From positions 1 through 56,329 of the forward strand of contig JAJFUT010000057.1 in assembly GCA_021372315.1 (NCBI GenBank): a stretch of DNA of 56,329 bases, written 5' to 3'. Below the pieces are notes generated by a model. It did not search any database. It saw nothing but the letters and a program-made list of their open reading frames with translations, and was not told the DNA's origin. A program made the position numbers and the translations under genes. Source of the stretch: Methanobacteriota archaeon. GTDB taxonomy: Archaea > Thermoplasmatota > Thermoplasmata > Methanomassiliicoccales > UBA472. Below are positions 33,366 to 43,738 of this stretch, piece by piece. The first letter of the stretch is position 1. Every line of letters starts with the position of its first letter.

Positions 33366-35030
33366 TTACTTCGCTGGGATGATGACGGTCCTCTCGCCGG
33401 CCGGCATGAACTCGCGGAGACCGCCACGACCAAACTCTTTGGTGATGTTCGCGAAGTCGAACGGGAGGTTCTTGTCCGCGAAGGCGATCTTGATCAGCGG
33501 GTTGCATGCGAAGGCATCTCCACGGGCCGCGTGCGGCGCCATGGCGATACCTGCGTAGCCAGGCAGGTGACCGACGTTCATTGCGTAGTTCGGGTAGTTC
33601 GGTCCGCGGAGCTCGTGGGGCAGACCCTCGTCGGATCTGTACGACAGCGAGTTCGAGGAACCGCACTGGTCCTGAAGGTCGTATCCGTAGAACCCGAGGC
33701 GGCCTAGACGCTCGCGGTGCTGCAGCATGGATAGGTACCATGCGTTGACACCGGCGTTCGCGTTGGCGGTAGCCATTGCGACACCGATACCAGTTGCAGC
33801 TGCGGCGACCGTCGCGCGCTGGGAGCCACCGAAGTGTGCTTCCATCGCGGCCGGGTACTTCTCGTAGTTCTCCAGGGCGTAGGTGTTGATCTCCGTTCCG
33901 AGCTTCTCGATGAGGTCCATGGTCGGCTTGCTCTTGCAGAGTCCGCCGTACTTGGACTTGATGAGGTCGGCTGCGTAGTACACGTAGTCCTCGAGGATGT
34001 TGTCGGTGTAGGCTGCGGTCGCATACTGCGTGAAGCCGACACCGCCAGACATGTACGCGCCTAGGTAGATCTGGTCGAAGATGACTGCGCCGAGCGCGAC
34101 GGTCTCAAGGGCCGAGCGGCACGGGTCATCGGGGTACTTCCTCGACGACTGGGTCATATCAGCCAGGAATCCGAACGGGATTCCACCTGGCTCGTTCGGG
34201 CCACGGGCACGGCGTGCCGGCATCATCGTTCCCATCTCGAGAACGGATGCGTGCTTTGCGGCGAAGGCGAAGTCCGCGATCGCGGCCTCTCCTGCTGCCA
34301 GCTTGTAGGCGCTGATGAAGGACATCGAGATCTGCATCGCAGACCACCTGGACATCGTTCCACCATCGCAAACACGGCCGACGATCGTCGGGCACCTGAT
34401 TGCCTGCCAGAGGGACTTGCCGACAGCTGCCTTCAGCTGCTTGGCCTGCGCCTCGGGGAACTCCTTGTTGATGTTGATGACGTATGCCTTGTCGATCTCA
34501 TCGATAAGCTCGTCATCTCCGGAGAACACCTTGACGTAGCAGTCCGCGGTCAAAGCGGGGCTGCACTCAGCCATGTGCTCCTGAACGACCGCGCCACCAG
34601 GCATTGCATGGTTGACGGTCTCCAGGTAATGGTTGATTGTCTCTGGGGTAACTTCCTTGCCTAGCCTCTTCTCAATGACATTGTGTGCGGTGTCAAGACC
34701 GGAAACGACTGTCCTGCGGATGTCGTCCCAAGCCTGCTGCATAGCGGCGTTGTTGACGAAGTGCAGGTCATCTGCCTCGACGTAGATGTCAGTGTGGCTC
34801 AGCTGGTATGGCATCAGAACACGCTGTCCGAGTGGGACACCGATGTCCTGGTTCATCATGGGGATGCCGCGTTCCTTGGCGATCTTGTTCGCCTGCTCAA
34901 CCCACTCCCTCTTCCTCTTCGACTGTTTCCAGCCTCCGAATGTATAGTAGGATGTGTTGACCTCGGTCGGGGCCTCCTTGAACTTCTTCTTCATTGCTGC
35001 CATGAACAACTTGTCTTTTTCCTTTGCCAT
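33366..35030 (-). CDS. mcrA: methyl-coenzyme M reductase alpha subunit
   Basis: Start trimmed to MAKEKDKLF (554 aa), with AGGAG 7 nt upstream. Contains [29 protein letters not shown] and [12 protein letters not shown]. Confidence 0.97.
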   Translation of the reverse strand: MAKEKDKLFMAAMKKKFKEAPTEVNTSYYTFGGWKQSKRKREWVEQANKIAKERGIPMMNQDIGVPLGQRVLMPYQLSHTDIYVEADDLHFVNNAAMQQAWDDIRRTVVSGLDTAHNVIEKRLGKEVTPETINHYLETVNHAMPGGAVVQEHMAECSPALTADCYVKVFSGDDELIDEIDKAYVININKEFPEAQAKQLKAAVGKSLWQAIRCPTIVGRVCDGGTMSRWSAMQISMSFISAYKLAAGEAAIADFAFAAKHASVLEMGTMMPARRARGPNEPGGIPFGFLADMTQSSRKYPDDPCRSALETVALGAVIFDQIYLGAYMSGGVGFTQYATAAYTDNILEDYVYYAADLIKSKYGGLCKSKPTMDLIEKLGTEINTYALENYEKYPAAMEAHFGGSQRATVAAAATGIGVAMATANANAGVNAWYLSMLQHRERLGRLGFYGYDLQDQCGSSNSLSYRSDEGLPHELRGPNYPNYAMNVGHLPGYAGIAMAPHAARGDAFACNPLIKIAFADKNLPFDFANITKEFGRGGLREFMPAGERTVIIPAK

Positions 35031-35035
35031 TTGTA

Positions 35036-35806
35036 TCACTCCTTCACGGCGAACGGCTGATAGCCGCACAGGGTTCTTAGCCTGTGGATACGAAGGTTCT
35101 GGTTCTGGACCTCCTCATCAGCAGCCATGGGCACGCCATCGACGCGGAACATGGTTGTGTGGGCCCTGAGCCACTTCTCATCCATCGGCTTGCCGACGGA
35201 GATTGGCTTGTCCAACGGAATTGCGACCTGGTCCTTAACGTACTCGACCTCGCCCTTCTTGGCGTTCCAGCGGTACCTCTGCCAGGCGTCGAACATCAGG
35301 CCGTTCTCATCGAGGCGGCAGGCGTGCCCGTGCACGGTTGCGCCCCTGATTCCGGTCCTGGCCGGGTCAAAGGTCTCATTGTCGATGTACTCCTTCGCTA
35401 CCTTCTCTAGGTCTCTCTCACGCATCTCGATGATCTGCCTTCCGGACAGGGTACCGGTATCGATTCCCCTGATCCTCGACATGTACATCTGGGCCCTGAC
35501 GTATGGGATCGCCGGCGCGAAGTAGACGGAGTCAGTGAACTGTACGTACCTGATCCTGTCTCCCTTCTTGGCACCCTCGATCGGGGTAACCAGCTGCCTT
35601 ATCGGGCAGTCAGGCTCCGTGCCCTCCTCAAGTGGCGGGTGGATGGACTTGTAGTCCTCACCGGGCTTTCTGTGGCCCATGATGCGGACGACGTCATCCA
35701 TCGCGACGTCGCGGAGCTTCTCGAGCTTATAGTTCGGGTCGATGAACTTGCGCCTGTTCTTAGCGGGCACAGTGGTTCCTGGGTAGAATTGCCTCTTGTA
35801 TGCCAT
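35036..35806 (-). CDS. mcrG: methyl-coenzyme M reductase gamma subunit
   Basis: Start trimmed to [12 protein letters not shown] (256 aa), with AGGTGA 5 nt upstream. The ORF-track start is a GTG inside that SD. Confidence 0.95.
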   Translation of the reverse strand: MAYKRQFYPGTTVPAKNRRKFIDPNYKLEKLRDVAMDDVVRIMGHRKPGEDYKSIHPPLEEGTEPDCPIRQLVTPIEGAKKGDRIRYVQFTDSVYFAPAIPYVRAQMYMSRIRGIDTGTLSGRQIIEMRERDLEKVAKEYIDNETFDPARTGIRGATVHGHACRLDENGLMFDAWQRYRWNAKKGEVEYVKDQVAIPLDKPISVGKPMDEKWLRAHTTMFRVDGVPMAADEEVQNQNLRIHRLRTLCGYQPFAVKE

Positions 35807-35811
35807 GATTT

Positions 35812-36231
35812 TCACCTTATCTTCTTGTAGTCGGTGACAGTCGGCTTAAACTTCGAATATCGCCCTACCTCAAGGCTGAAACCGAAGGGCAAGATCTCCT
35901 TGCATATCTCTTCGATGCGGGCAGTGGAATCGTCGATGTACTCGACGTCCTCTAGTTCGACGAATACGCGACCGACCAGCAGCCTCAGGTCAACCTCGGA
36001 TCCCTTCACCGTGATCTTCTTTTTCTCAGAATGCTCGTTCTTCAGGCCTTTTCCTTCTCCAGAACTGAGCTTCTCTGGGAGTGATTCGCCGCTTACTGTC
36101 ACGTGACGAACATGGGGAACCTCGTATACGCGGTTCAGCAGCTTCTCCGTGGTCTCCGCCCTCAATAACCGGGCGGGGAATATCAGAATCTCGGGCAATG
36201 GGATTTGTTCTTGTAGGGTAGTTTTAGCCAT
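35812..36231 (-). CDS. mcrD: methyl-coenzyme M reductase operon protein D
   Basis: 139 aa. Lies between mcrB and mcrG. Contains ILIFPARLL and [11 protein letters not shown]. Confidence 0.88.
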   Translation of the reverse strand: MAKTTLQEQIPLPEILIFPARLLRAETTEKLLNRVYEVPHVRHVTVSGESLPEKLSSGEGKGLKNEHSEKKKITVKGSEVDLRLLVGRVFVELEDVEYIDDSTARIEEICKEILPFGFSLEVGRYSKFKPTVTDYKKIR

Positions 36232-36243
36232 TCTGTATGCACC

Positions 36244-37572
36244 TCAGAAGTCCTTCTTGATCTTCTTGGCCTCCTTACCGACCATCTTCAAGGGCGTCTT
36301 AAACTCAGGAATGTCACCGAAGACATCCCTCATCAAGCTCGATGTGTTCTCCGCAGAGAACATCTGCGTTCCAGCATCGAGGGCGCATCCAGCGGCGATG
36401 ACCGGGATAACAACTCCCTTCGCGTGCTTGGTAACGACGTGGTTACCGTGGAACAGACCTGGGCCACCGCCACCGTAGATGGAGTGGCTGAAGAAAGACA
36501 TACCGACGGATGTACCCATCGAGCGTCCGTAGTCAGCGCCTGGCAGGGAGGTCTCGTGCTCCAACAGGTCGTTGTAGTACAGAATTGTGGACGGGATACC
36601 CTGGGCTGCCCTTGCTGCACCGACGTTGACGCAGATCGCCGCCAACATACCGGCTGCGGTGTATGCGTTCCATAGCGGGTAGTCGTTGGTGGTCATCTCG
36701 ACGAATCCAGATGCCAGCTTCTTTCCCTTCTTGATTACCTTGTCCTCGAGCGCGCGGTCTATGAGGCTCTCGACGACGGAACCGACCGTTCCGGTCTTGC
36801 CGTTCATCTTGGTCAGGTCGTAAACGATGTTGTTGGCGTTGAGGCCCTGGTATGCGAGTGCGAGCAGGTGCTGGCGCTCGAACGGTCCAGATGCGTCTCC
36901 CATCTCGAATGCCGCTGCATTCTCGAAGATCGATGCGACCGCCGCGGCGTTCATGGCGTTCCTGCCAGTGAGCATGACGTAGTGGTTGGCCATGACGTTC
37001 CTGAGTGCGAATCCAGCGCCTTCGTTCAGCTGCGGGACATCGAGGATCGACTTCATGACGGACCCCTGGAAGTTCAAGGTCTGCGGGTAGCGGCCCCAAA
37101 TGGCTGCCTTAACCATGCTGGCCTGGAACATGTCGACGTCGAATTGATCCAGAACTGCCTGGGTCAATGCTGCGGCGGCGGAAGTGAATCCAGTTGTGTA
37201 CTCGACACCGGCATCCATTCTGGCGGATGGGGTGACGATGATCATCTTCTTTCCGTCCGGGAGAACAGTGACCTCGGTGTCGTCGTCCTTCGTCGTCTTC
37301 AAAATGTCCTTGACCCTCTTCGCGATCTTCTCGCCGTTGGCCACAATTGCGAGGTCCATTTCCCTGCCCATAAGGGTACCGCCCCCAACCTTCGCCTTCT
37401 TGAGCGCTCCCTCAAGTGCTGCGAGGTCGACTGCGTTGATCCTCTTGGCAAGAGATACGGTCCTCTTAATGGCCGGGTTGTACAACGGGCTGATCGCCTC
37501 GAGTGGGACATCCTTCTCGATCAGTTTGCCCCTGTCGTCGTACAAGTCTATTTTGTCCTTGTATTTTGCCAT
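36244..37572 (-). CDS. mcrB: methyl-coenzyme M reductase beta subunit
   Basis: Start trimmed to [15 protein letters not shown] (442 aa), with GGAGGT upstream. The ORF-track extension to 37701 has no support. Confidence 0.95.
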   Translation of the reverse strand: MAKYKDKIDLYDDRGKLIEKDVPLEAISPLYNPAIKRTVSLAKRINAVDLAALEGALKKAKVGGGTLMGREMDLAIVANGEKIAKRVKDILKTTKDDDTEVTVLPDGKKMIIVTPSARMDAGVEYTTGFTSAAAALTQAVLDQFDVDMFQASMVKAAIWGRYPQTLNFQGSVMKSILDVPQLNEGAGFALRNVMANHYVMLTGRNAMNAAAVASIFENAAAFEMGDASGPFERQHLLALAYQGLNANNIVYDLTKMNGKTGTVGSVVESLIDRALEDKVIKKGKKLASGFVEMTTNDYPLWNAYTAAGMLAAICVNVGAARAAQGIPSTILYYNDLLEHETSLPGADYGRSMGTSVGMSFFSHSIYGGGGPGLFHGNHVVTKHAKGVVIPVIAAGCALDAGTQMFSAENTSSLMRDVFGDIPEFKTPLKMVGKEAKKIKKDF

Positions 37573-37663
37573 TTTATACCTCCTTTTTCCTAACTCAATT
37601 TCCATTGAAGTAAAAACTATCCCCAATGAAAATTGGCTCCCCTTGCGAGGAAGGAATTCTCTT

Positions 37664-37680
37664 TTTGCTAATATAAACTT
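37664..37680 (-). promoter_or_regulatory. candidate TATA box of the mcrBDGA promoter
   Basis: Minus-strand TTTATATTAG (37668-37677) about 95 nt upstream of the mcrB ATG. This implies a 5-prime UTR of roughly 65 nt. Confidence 0.3.
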
Positions 37681-37828
37681 GTGCTTGGATGGATAAACCA
37701 TCCACCATTAACAATAGGTGACTCTAAGATTACATCCAGCAAATACCTGACGTTTCTTAACACCTTAAAAAAAACCATCATTTAAGGCCGTTAACTACAT
37801 CCAATTTTAACGGTCTTAAAATACTAAA

Positions 37829-38494
37829 TCATTGCCTGTTTTTATGGGCAATCTGCAACTCTTTCATAGTATATAATACCTTTAACGAGTCACTTCGTTT
37901 CAGGTCGAAGGAATCCGAATCTATCATCTTTTTAATGAGCGCCGCCCTTTCCTCACCTAGGTTATCCCTCGCCGATGCCAGCAGGGAAAAGAACGATCGT
38001 CTGGGATAGTAAAGGGCCTTCATCTCTTTTATCAGCGCCTCCTTCTCCTCGACCTCGATGACGCCAGACTTGACGGCCGAAGACAAAAGATATCTGATGT
38101 TGACCAATGGCTCTGAGAGAGGCTGGAACGTTTCCGGGTCGAACACGAGGGCGACCTCGTCGTCCCCTTCAAGCGTTCCATCGCGGAAGAGTTCGAATAT
38201 CCTCCCGACCCCGATCATGCCCATGTCCTGAAGCTCGGCCGCCCTGAGCGCCCCCATGCTTCCCCCGCCTACGACCGTGACCCCCCTCTTCAAAAGGGAT
38301 ATGATCTCTCGGTGCCCGACCGAGGATTCGCTAGAGAAGACGCCATCGATGATGCCGACGAGCTTGACGTCCTCGTCGAGCTTCGGGATATCTCCCCTTC
38401 GGATCGGCGGAAGGTAGGTCGAGCGGAAGATAGACCCTGCCTCCTCGTGGCCTATGCTCATCCCGACGAACACGACCGATCTCATCTTCCGCAC
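37829..38494 (-). CDS. tfuA: TfuA-like protein
   Basis: 221 aa. Contains YLPPIRRGDI, GIIDGVF, and GGGSMGALRAAEL. 13-nt overlap with ycaO. Confidence 0.85.
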   Translation of the reverse strand: MRKMRSVVFVGMSIGHEEAGSIFRSTYLPPIRRGDIPKLDEDVKLVGIIDGVFSSESSVGHREIISLLKRGVTVVGGGSMGALRAAELQDMGMIGVGRIFELFRDGTLEGDDEVALVFDPETFQPLSEPLVNIRYLLSSAVKSGVIEVEEKEALIKEMKALYYPRRSFFSLLASARDNLGEERAALIKKMIDSDSFDLKRSDSLKVLYTMKELQIAHKNRQ

Positions 38495-39675
38495 GCCCTC
38501 ATCAGCCTGCCGCCGACCCTGTCCTGGTCGATGGCGAATATTTCCATCCCCGGAACGATGACCCTCACGACTGGCATGCCGATCGCCTTCCTCGTGAGGT
38601 CGTAGACTATGATCTGGGTAAGTCCCACACCCTTCAGCCTCATCTTCAGCATATCAATGTCATCCAATACATCATCCGTCGAGAAGTTCTCGAGCTCGCT
38701 GAGGTCCCTCGTCATTCCGGCATCCTCGTACCAGAGACGGTTCATACTCTTCAATCGCTCGTACCCGATCGTGCGGTTCCTGTCCGCGTGGACCGTGTCC
38801 TCCCTCGCTCCATGTATCTGGGTGAGCCTGCTCTGCGCGACCTCTACGAGGGCCTTCATCGCCGCGACCTCGGGGTCCGGATGAGCGCCTATCCCCAGCG
38901 TCAACAGGCCGGGGTCCTTCGAGACGACGTCGTCCGCCGAGACCGCGATCACGGGCATCCCTATGTCGCTCGTCAGGTCCTTGAAATGAAGTTCGATCCC
39001 GTTGTCAGTGAACTTCCTAGCTACAGCTTCGACCTTGGTCCCGGAACAATCAAGGTCCGAATTGACCTTCCTCCTGCCTTCGCATATGGACCATGCGTCC
39101 CTCTCTATGACCTCGCACAGCCCGTGAGAGATCGCCTCCTCGATGTTGTTTCCGGACGCCAGGCCGTTCGTGTTCGACCTGAAGAGATGCAGGTCCGCCT
39201 TAGGGATATAAGGATGGAAGACCGCGCAGGCGGGGACCATGATCTCTTTATCGGAAGCGATGTCGTACGCGGCGACCCAAGCGACAGGGTTCTGCGCAAG
39301 TCCGTAGATCGACCCCTGAGGCAGTATGAGCGACAGGGGGTCCAGCGCGCCGTGCATGTCCCTGTGCCTCTTTCTGACGATGACGTCGTCCCTCATCTCG
39401 GCGCTGTACCTCTCCACTCCTTCCATTATAGCAGAGATCCTTGCCTGGACAGGTGTCAGGCCTTTGCCGTTATAGACGGAGATCGCCCCTCCCATCGCCT
39501 CTGGCCTTATGCTCGAGAAGACCGGGATGCCAATGCGGTCCAGTCCGGTGATGTCCGCTATCCTGGTTATGCCCGCGGCCCGTGACAAGGGCTCCACCTT
39601 CTTCAGCGTCTCCTCCGCAGATACGGAACGCTGATTTTCGTCATTGGGCGATTTGGGCCTGTGCGATAGCTGCAT
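38482..39675 (-). CDS. ycaO: YcaO-family ATP-dependent amide-activating enzyme (McrA thioglycine type)
   Basis: 397 aa. Contains ITRIADITGLDRIGIPV, AIMEGVERYSA, SNGLASGN and EVIERDA. Confidence 0.9.
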   Translation of the reverse strand: MQLSHRPKSPNDENQRSVSAEETLKKVEPLSRAAGITRIADITGLDRIGIPVFSSIRPEAMGGAISVYNGKGLTPVQARISAIMEGVERYSAEMRDDVIVRKRHRDMHGALDPLSLILPQGSIYGLAQNPVAWVAAYDIASDKEIMVPACAVFHPYIPKADLHLFRSNTNGLASGNNIEEAISHGLCEVIERDAWSICEGRRKVNSDLDCSGTKVEAVARKFTDNGIELHFKDLTSDIGMPVIAVSADDVVSKDPGLLTLGIGAHPDPEVAAMKALVEVAQSRLTQIHGAREDTVHADRNRTIGYERLKSMNRLWYEDAGMTRDLSELENFSTDDVLDDIDMLKMRLKGVGLTQIIVYDLTRKAIGMPVVRVIVPGMEIFAIDQDRVGGRLMRACGR

Positions 39676-39707
39676 CGGAACGTGTAACGAGCTTGTTGAA
39701 TAAATTA

Positions 39708-40181
39708 TTAGGGCCTTTCCTGCATGCTGTTGACGAGCATGTCCAGCTCCGCGTCCGGGTTCATGACGATGCTCTCGATGAGTATGTCCACCTCGACGTT
39801 CTGTATACCAGATATCTTGAGGATCTTGCTTTGGATGATGTCGTAGAGCGAGTCGACGCTCTTTGTGTATAGCTCACATATGAGGCTGTGGTCGCCGAAT
39901 ACCTTGTATATCGTCTGGATCTCCTTGAAGCTCCTGAGCTCATCGACGACATGGTCGACAAGGTTACCAGACACCTCGATGCCTACCTGCGCCCGCATCA
40001 GTCCGAGCTTCGCCAGGTTCGTGTTCAGCGTATAGCTGGATATGTACCCCTCGTCCTCCAGCTTGGTGATTCTCCTCGATATCGTCGCCTTCGACGTCCC
40101 CGTCTTTTCCGCTATGACCCCCAGACTTTCCCTGGAGTTGTCCCGAAGCATCTTCAATATCTTGAGGTCGGTGTCGTCCAT
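39708..40181 (-). CDS. Lrp/AsnC family transcriptional regulator
   Basis: 157 aa. DDTDLKILKMLRDNSRESLGVIAEKTGTSKATISRRITKLEDEG plus a RAM-type C-terminal domain. Confidence 0.9.
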   Translation of the reverse strand: MDDTDLKILKMLRDNSRESLGVIAEKTGTSKATISRRITKLEDEGYISSYTLNTNLAKLGLMRAQVGIEVSGNLVDHVVDELRSFKEIQTIYKVFGDHSLICELYTKSVDSLYDIIQSKILKISGIQNVEVDILIESIVMNPDAELDMLVNSMQERP

Positions 40182-40329
40182 GACCTTCTCCTAAAGCGAT
40201 TAGATGGAACGAATTTACATCATATTGTGTGTTTATGGTAATAATGTTTTACATAGGTGCAACGAAAACTATATTGAAAATTGAAAAAGGATGAAAGATT
40301 TTGAAGTGGTTTGAAAATAGGATAGAGAC

Positions 40330-41034
40330 CTACGCCTTTGCCCTTGATTTCGGGATCGGCCCGAGCGCCATCTTCTCGATGGCAACGACGGTCTTCTCAA
40401 ACTTGCTCCATGGTATCCCTACCAGCATCTCGTCCGGCCCGATGTCGCTGGTCTTGCGGCATCCGAAGCAGCCCAATGAGATGTTGACCTGCTGCGTGTT
40501 GATAGGGACTATCGTCGAGTCCGCGCACGCGGCCTGGACGGAAGCCATCTCGACCTGTACCCTTCCGCCCTCATCGAACGTCTGGGCCGCTGGAACGATC
40601 CAGAAGACCTGTTCCGGTTGTGCGACCACGATGACCACGTCGGGCTGTACCAGCGCCTTGCTCAGCGGGCTTACGACCGTTGCGATCGTCGAGCTTGAGA
40701 TCGTCGGCCTCACCGACATCGTCTTTGCCGCGGATGCGTCGCTGTCATACATCCCCATGTTGTGATGGAACTCCCCGGCCTTGACCTTCTCGGGGATCGG
40801 TATCTCGCCGAGCGCCGACGATCCGACCGGACAGGCGTTCTTCTCTGCGGGAAGGCAAAGGACCGCCCCCTTGCGGGCCTTCATGATCGATTGGCAATGC
40901 CTCATGGGGCCCTCGACGGTCTGATATCCCTCTGGAACCGCCTGACCGCTCTTGATCAATGTCACGGCGACAGGCTCGTACTTCAATCCAAGGCCATCTA
41001 CTAGCTTCTTTGAAAGCTCAGCATAGTTGGACAT
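40330..41034 (-). CDS. DUF169 domain protein
   Basis: 234 aa. LGLKYEPVAV and the C-terminal SLGCFGCR are typical of DUF169 (COG2043-like). Confidence 0.75.
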   Translation of the reverse strand: MSNYAELSKKLVDGLGLKYEPVAVTLIKSGQAVPEGYQTVEGPMRHCQSIMKARKGAVLCLPAEKNACPVGSSALGEIPIPEKVKAGEFHHNMGMYDSDASAAKTMSVRPTISSSTIATVVSPLSKALVQPDVVIVVAQPEQVFWIVPAAQTFDEGGRVQVEMASVQAACADSTIVPINTQQVNISLGCFGCRKTSDIGPDEMLVGIPWSKFEKTVVAIEKMALGPIPKSRAKA

Positions 41035-41148
41035 GTTTAAAACCCAATGAGAGGACCGGCTCGGCGATTATTAATAAATGTCGAATTTTCAATTTCGAGC
41101 CAGCGCTATGTCCAGAATATTGCACGACCGATGATGGAATAAACGGGC

Positions 41149-41979
41149 CTAGCCCTTGACCAGTATTACCCAGCGGTCGTAGAAGGGGTCCCTCTCGTCC
41201 TCGAAGACCTTCACCTTCATCCCCTTGGGGCACCAGCTCTCGACCATCTTTGCCTCAGGCTCGGTCTCGACGGTGATCAGGGACGATCTGGACAGTTCGA
41301 AAGCTTCCTTGATCATCTGTTTCCAGAGGAACGAATTGAACTCGGTGATCTTCCCTGCCATGAGCACGAGGCTGAAATCGACCGGCTCGATGTAGCGGTT
41401 CGCCCTCGTGCCGTCGATGAGCATCGTCTCGTGATGGTACAGCCTTCCTTCCGTCAGCCCTCTCGACAATAGCGACGGGTCCAGGTCATAGGCGGCAGCG
41501 TTCATCCCAAGCTTATGAAGCGCGGCCGAGCCCAGTCCGGTGCCGCATCCTACGTCGAGGCAGGTCTTGCCCTTGAGGTTCCTCCCGAACGATTGCCTGA
41601 TCAGCTCGACGACGTTCCTCATCCTCTGTTCCGAGAACTCCTCGAGGGCGGGCTTGTTGTCGTGCTCCAAGAGCATGGAGAAATATTCTCTGGTCGCCTT
41701 CGTGAAATCCGAGCGGTTCGTTCTGTAGACCTCGAGGTCGTATCCTTCAAGGGCCTCGATGAGCGCGTCGGTCGGCTCCCTGTGCAGGAGCGCGATCGCG
41801 TACCATCTGTCCGCCTTGACGGCCATCGCGATGGGGCTCTCGTCCTCATCGATGAGGACGCGTGCTTCCTTGCCTTCCAACGTCAGGAACTGGTCGGTGT
41901 AGACGTTGTCGATCAGCATCTCATAAGAAGGTTCGAGGAAGAATACCTCCTCAAGTCCGAAGAGCGTGGCCACCATCAT
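41149..41979 (-). CDS. class I SAM-dependent methyltransferase with an uncharacterised N-terminal domain
   Basis: Start trimmed to MMVATLFG (276 aa). The Arg/Gly-rich 104-aa N-terminal extension in the ORF track looks non-coding. Motif I is CLDVGCGTGLG. Confidence 0.75.
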   Translation of the reverse strand: MMVATLFGLEEVFFLEPSYEMLIDNVYTDQFLTLEGKEARVLIDEDESPIAMAVKADRWYAIALLHREPTDALIEALEGYDLEVYRTNRSDFTKATREYFSMLLEHDNKPALEEFSEQRMRNVVELIRQSFGRNLKGKTCLDVGCGTGLGSAALHKLGMNAAAYDLDPSLLSRGLTEGRLYHHETMLIDGTRANRYIEPVDFSLVLMAGKITEFNSFLWKQMIKEAFELSRSSLITVETEPEAKMVESWCPKGMKVKVFEDERDPFYDRWVILVKG

Positions 41980-42032
41980 CTTATCCCGACCAGGACCGCA
42001 AGGACGGTAGAATAAGTTATCTATCGCACGAG

Positions 42033-42317
42033 TCAGACGAAGTCTATCGTCCTCCGGTCGTACTCGTCGAGCAGCGCCTCCCTGTAGTCCCTCTCCTCCT
42101 CCGGGGGGATGATGTGTTCGAGCTTGACCCTCCTGATCAGTTCGTCTCCGATCATAGCCCTGGTATCGAGCCTCAGCTTGATGACGTCCGCGAAGACCTC
42201 CTCGAGGCCAGGTATGATCGCGATCTTGTCCTTCACTACGAGCCTGTTGGCGAGGGATTCGATGTTCACTCCAGGTCCGCAATCGATGCACTCGATCTTC
42301 TTGGGCATGTTCGTCAT
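42033..42317 (-). CDS. hypothetical small protein
   Basis: 94 aa. Upstream of, and on the same strand as, the methyltransferase (53-nt gap). No family recognised. Confidence 0.4.
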   Translation of the reverse strand: MTNMPKKIECIDCGPGVNIESLANRLVVKDKIAIIPGLEEVFADVIKLRLDTRAMIGDELIRRVKLEHIIPPEEERDYREALLDEYDRRTIDFV

Positions 42318-42470
42318 CTCGAACCGGGATCGGCCCGGCCTTGAAAAAATTGGTCTTGGTCCAATATAAGATTATTGGTCGAAAAAGCAGGCCAGCATGA
42401 CCGACCCGACGGCCGATGATAACATCAGATAAAAATAATGATAAAACATTGACCAGAACGAAGTGAGCGA

Positions 42471-43733
42471 ATGCGATTGGCTGTCGTTGGTACTGGTTAC
42501 GTAGGTCTTGTGACGGGGGCGTGCTTCTCGCATCTAGGCAACGATGTCACGTGCATAGATGTCATAGAGGACAAGGTCAGGACCATCAACTCAGGCAAGG
42601 TCCCGATATTCGAGCCGGGCCTCGAGGATATGGTCAAGGAAGGGCTCGCCTCCGGACATCTGAGGGCGACGACCGACTTCTCGAAGGTGACGGAGGCCGA
42701 CTTCATTTTCATCTGCGTCGGGACGCCCTCGTTCGACGACGGCTCCCTGGACCTCAAGTACGTGAAGGATGCGGCGGGCCAGATCGGCACAGCTATCTCA
42801 AATTCTTCGAACGTTCCGGTCATCATAATGAAGAGCACGGTCATGCCGAGGACGACGCAGCACGTCGTCATGCCTATTCTGGAGAAGGCGTCGGGGAGGA
42901 AGGCGGGAACAGGGTTCGGCCTCGCGATGAACCCCGAGTTCCTCAAGGAGGGGGCGGCGGTGCAGGACTTCCTTCACCCAGACAGGATCGTCATAGGGGC
43001 GATCGACGACGCATCGTACGGGAAGGTCGCTGAGCTTTACAACGATTTCGACTGCCCGATATTGCACGTACCGTTATCGACGGCGGAGATGGTCAAGGTC
43101 GCGTCGAACGCGTTCCTTGCGACCAAGATATCGTTCGTCAACGAGGTCGGCAACATCTGCAAGGCGATGGGCATCGACTTCAGACAGGTCGCAGTGGGCA
43201 TGGGGATGGACGCCAGGATCGGAAAGCTGTTCCTCCGCCCGGGATGCGGATTCGGCGGTTCGTGCTTCCCCAAGGACCTGGAGGGCATCATCGCCGAGGG
43301 GAGGAAGTACGACGCCTCGACGTACCTACTGGAGGCCGTCAGGAAGGTCAACAGGGAGCAGCCGCTGAAGCTCGTCAGGCTGCTCGAGAACAAGATGGCC
43401 GTCAAAGGAAGGACGATCGCCGTCCTGGGCCTGGCGTTCAAGCCCGAGACCGACGATATCAGGGAGGCGTCCTCGCTCACGATCGTCCGGGAGCTCCTTG
43501 CCAGGGGTGCGAAGGTCAGGGCCTATGACCCGAAGGCGATGGACCTGTTCAGGAAGAGCTTCCCTCAGATCACCTATTGCCGGGACGCGGAGGATTGCAT
43601 ATCCGGCTCCGACGCCATCATGATCGTGACGGAGTGGAAGGAGTTCGCCGACCCCTCGCTCTACGGAGATAAGCTCGTGGTCGATGGAAGGGGCGTAGTG
43701 AGAACCAATAATTACGAAGGGATCTGTTGGTGA
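42471..43733 (+). CDS. ugd: UDP-glucose/GDP-mannose 6-dehydrogenase family protein
   Basis: 420 aa. Contains VVGTGYVGLVTGACF, NPEFLKEG, and the GFGGSCFPKD catalytic Cys. Confidence 0.9.
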   Translation: MRLAVVGTGYVGLVTGACFSHLGNDVTCIDVIEDKVRTINSGKVPIFEPGLEDMVKEGLASGHLRATTDFSKVTEADFIFICVGTPSFDDGSLDLKYVKDAAGQIGTAISNSSNVPVIIMKSTVMPRTTQHVVMPILEKASGRKAGTGFGLAMNPEFLKEGAAVQDFLHPDRIVIGAIDDASYGKVAELYNDFDCPILHVPLSTAEMVKVASNAFLATKISFVNEVGNICKAMGIDFRQVAVGMGMDARIGKLFLRPGCGFGGSCFPKDLEGIIAEGRKYDASTYLLEAVRKVNREQPLKLVRLLENKMAVKGRTIAVLGLAFKPETDDIREASSLTIVRELLARGAKVRAYDPKAMDLFRKSFPQITYCRDAEDCISGSDAIMIVTEWKEFADPSLYGDKLVVDGRGVVRTNNYEGICW

Positions 43734-43738
43734 GCTAA

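Noticed and set aside
37573-37701. N-terminal extensions offered by the ORF track for mcrB (to 37701), mcrA (to 35069), mcrG (GTG 35815), mmp17 (to 21347) and the methyltransferase (to 42291)
   Set aside because: Canonical N-termini ([24 protein letters not shown]) are each preceded by GGAGG/AGGAG/AGGTGA. The extensions overlap upstream genes or consist of non-protein-like sequence.
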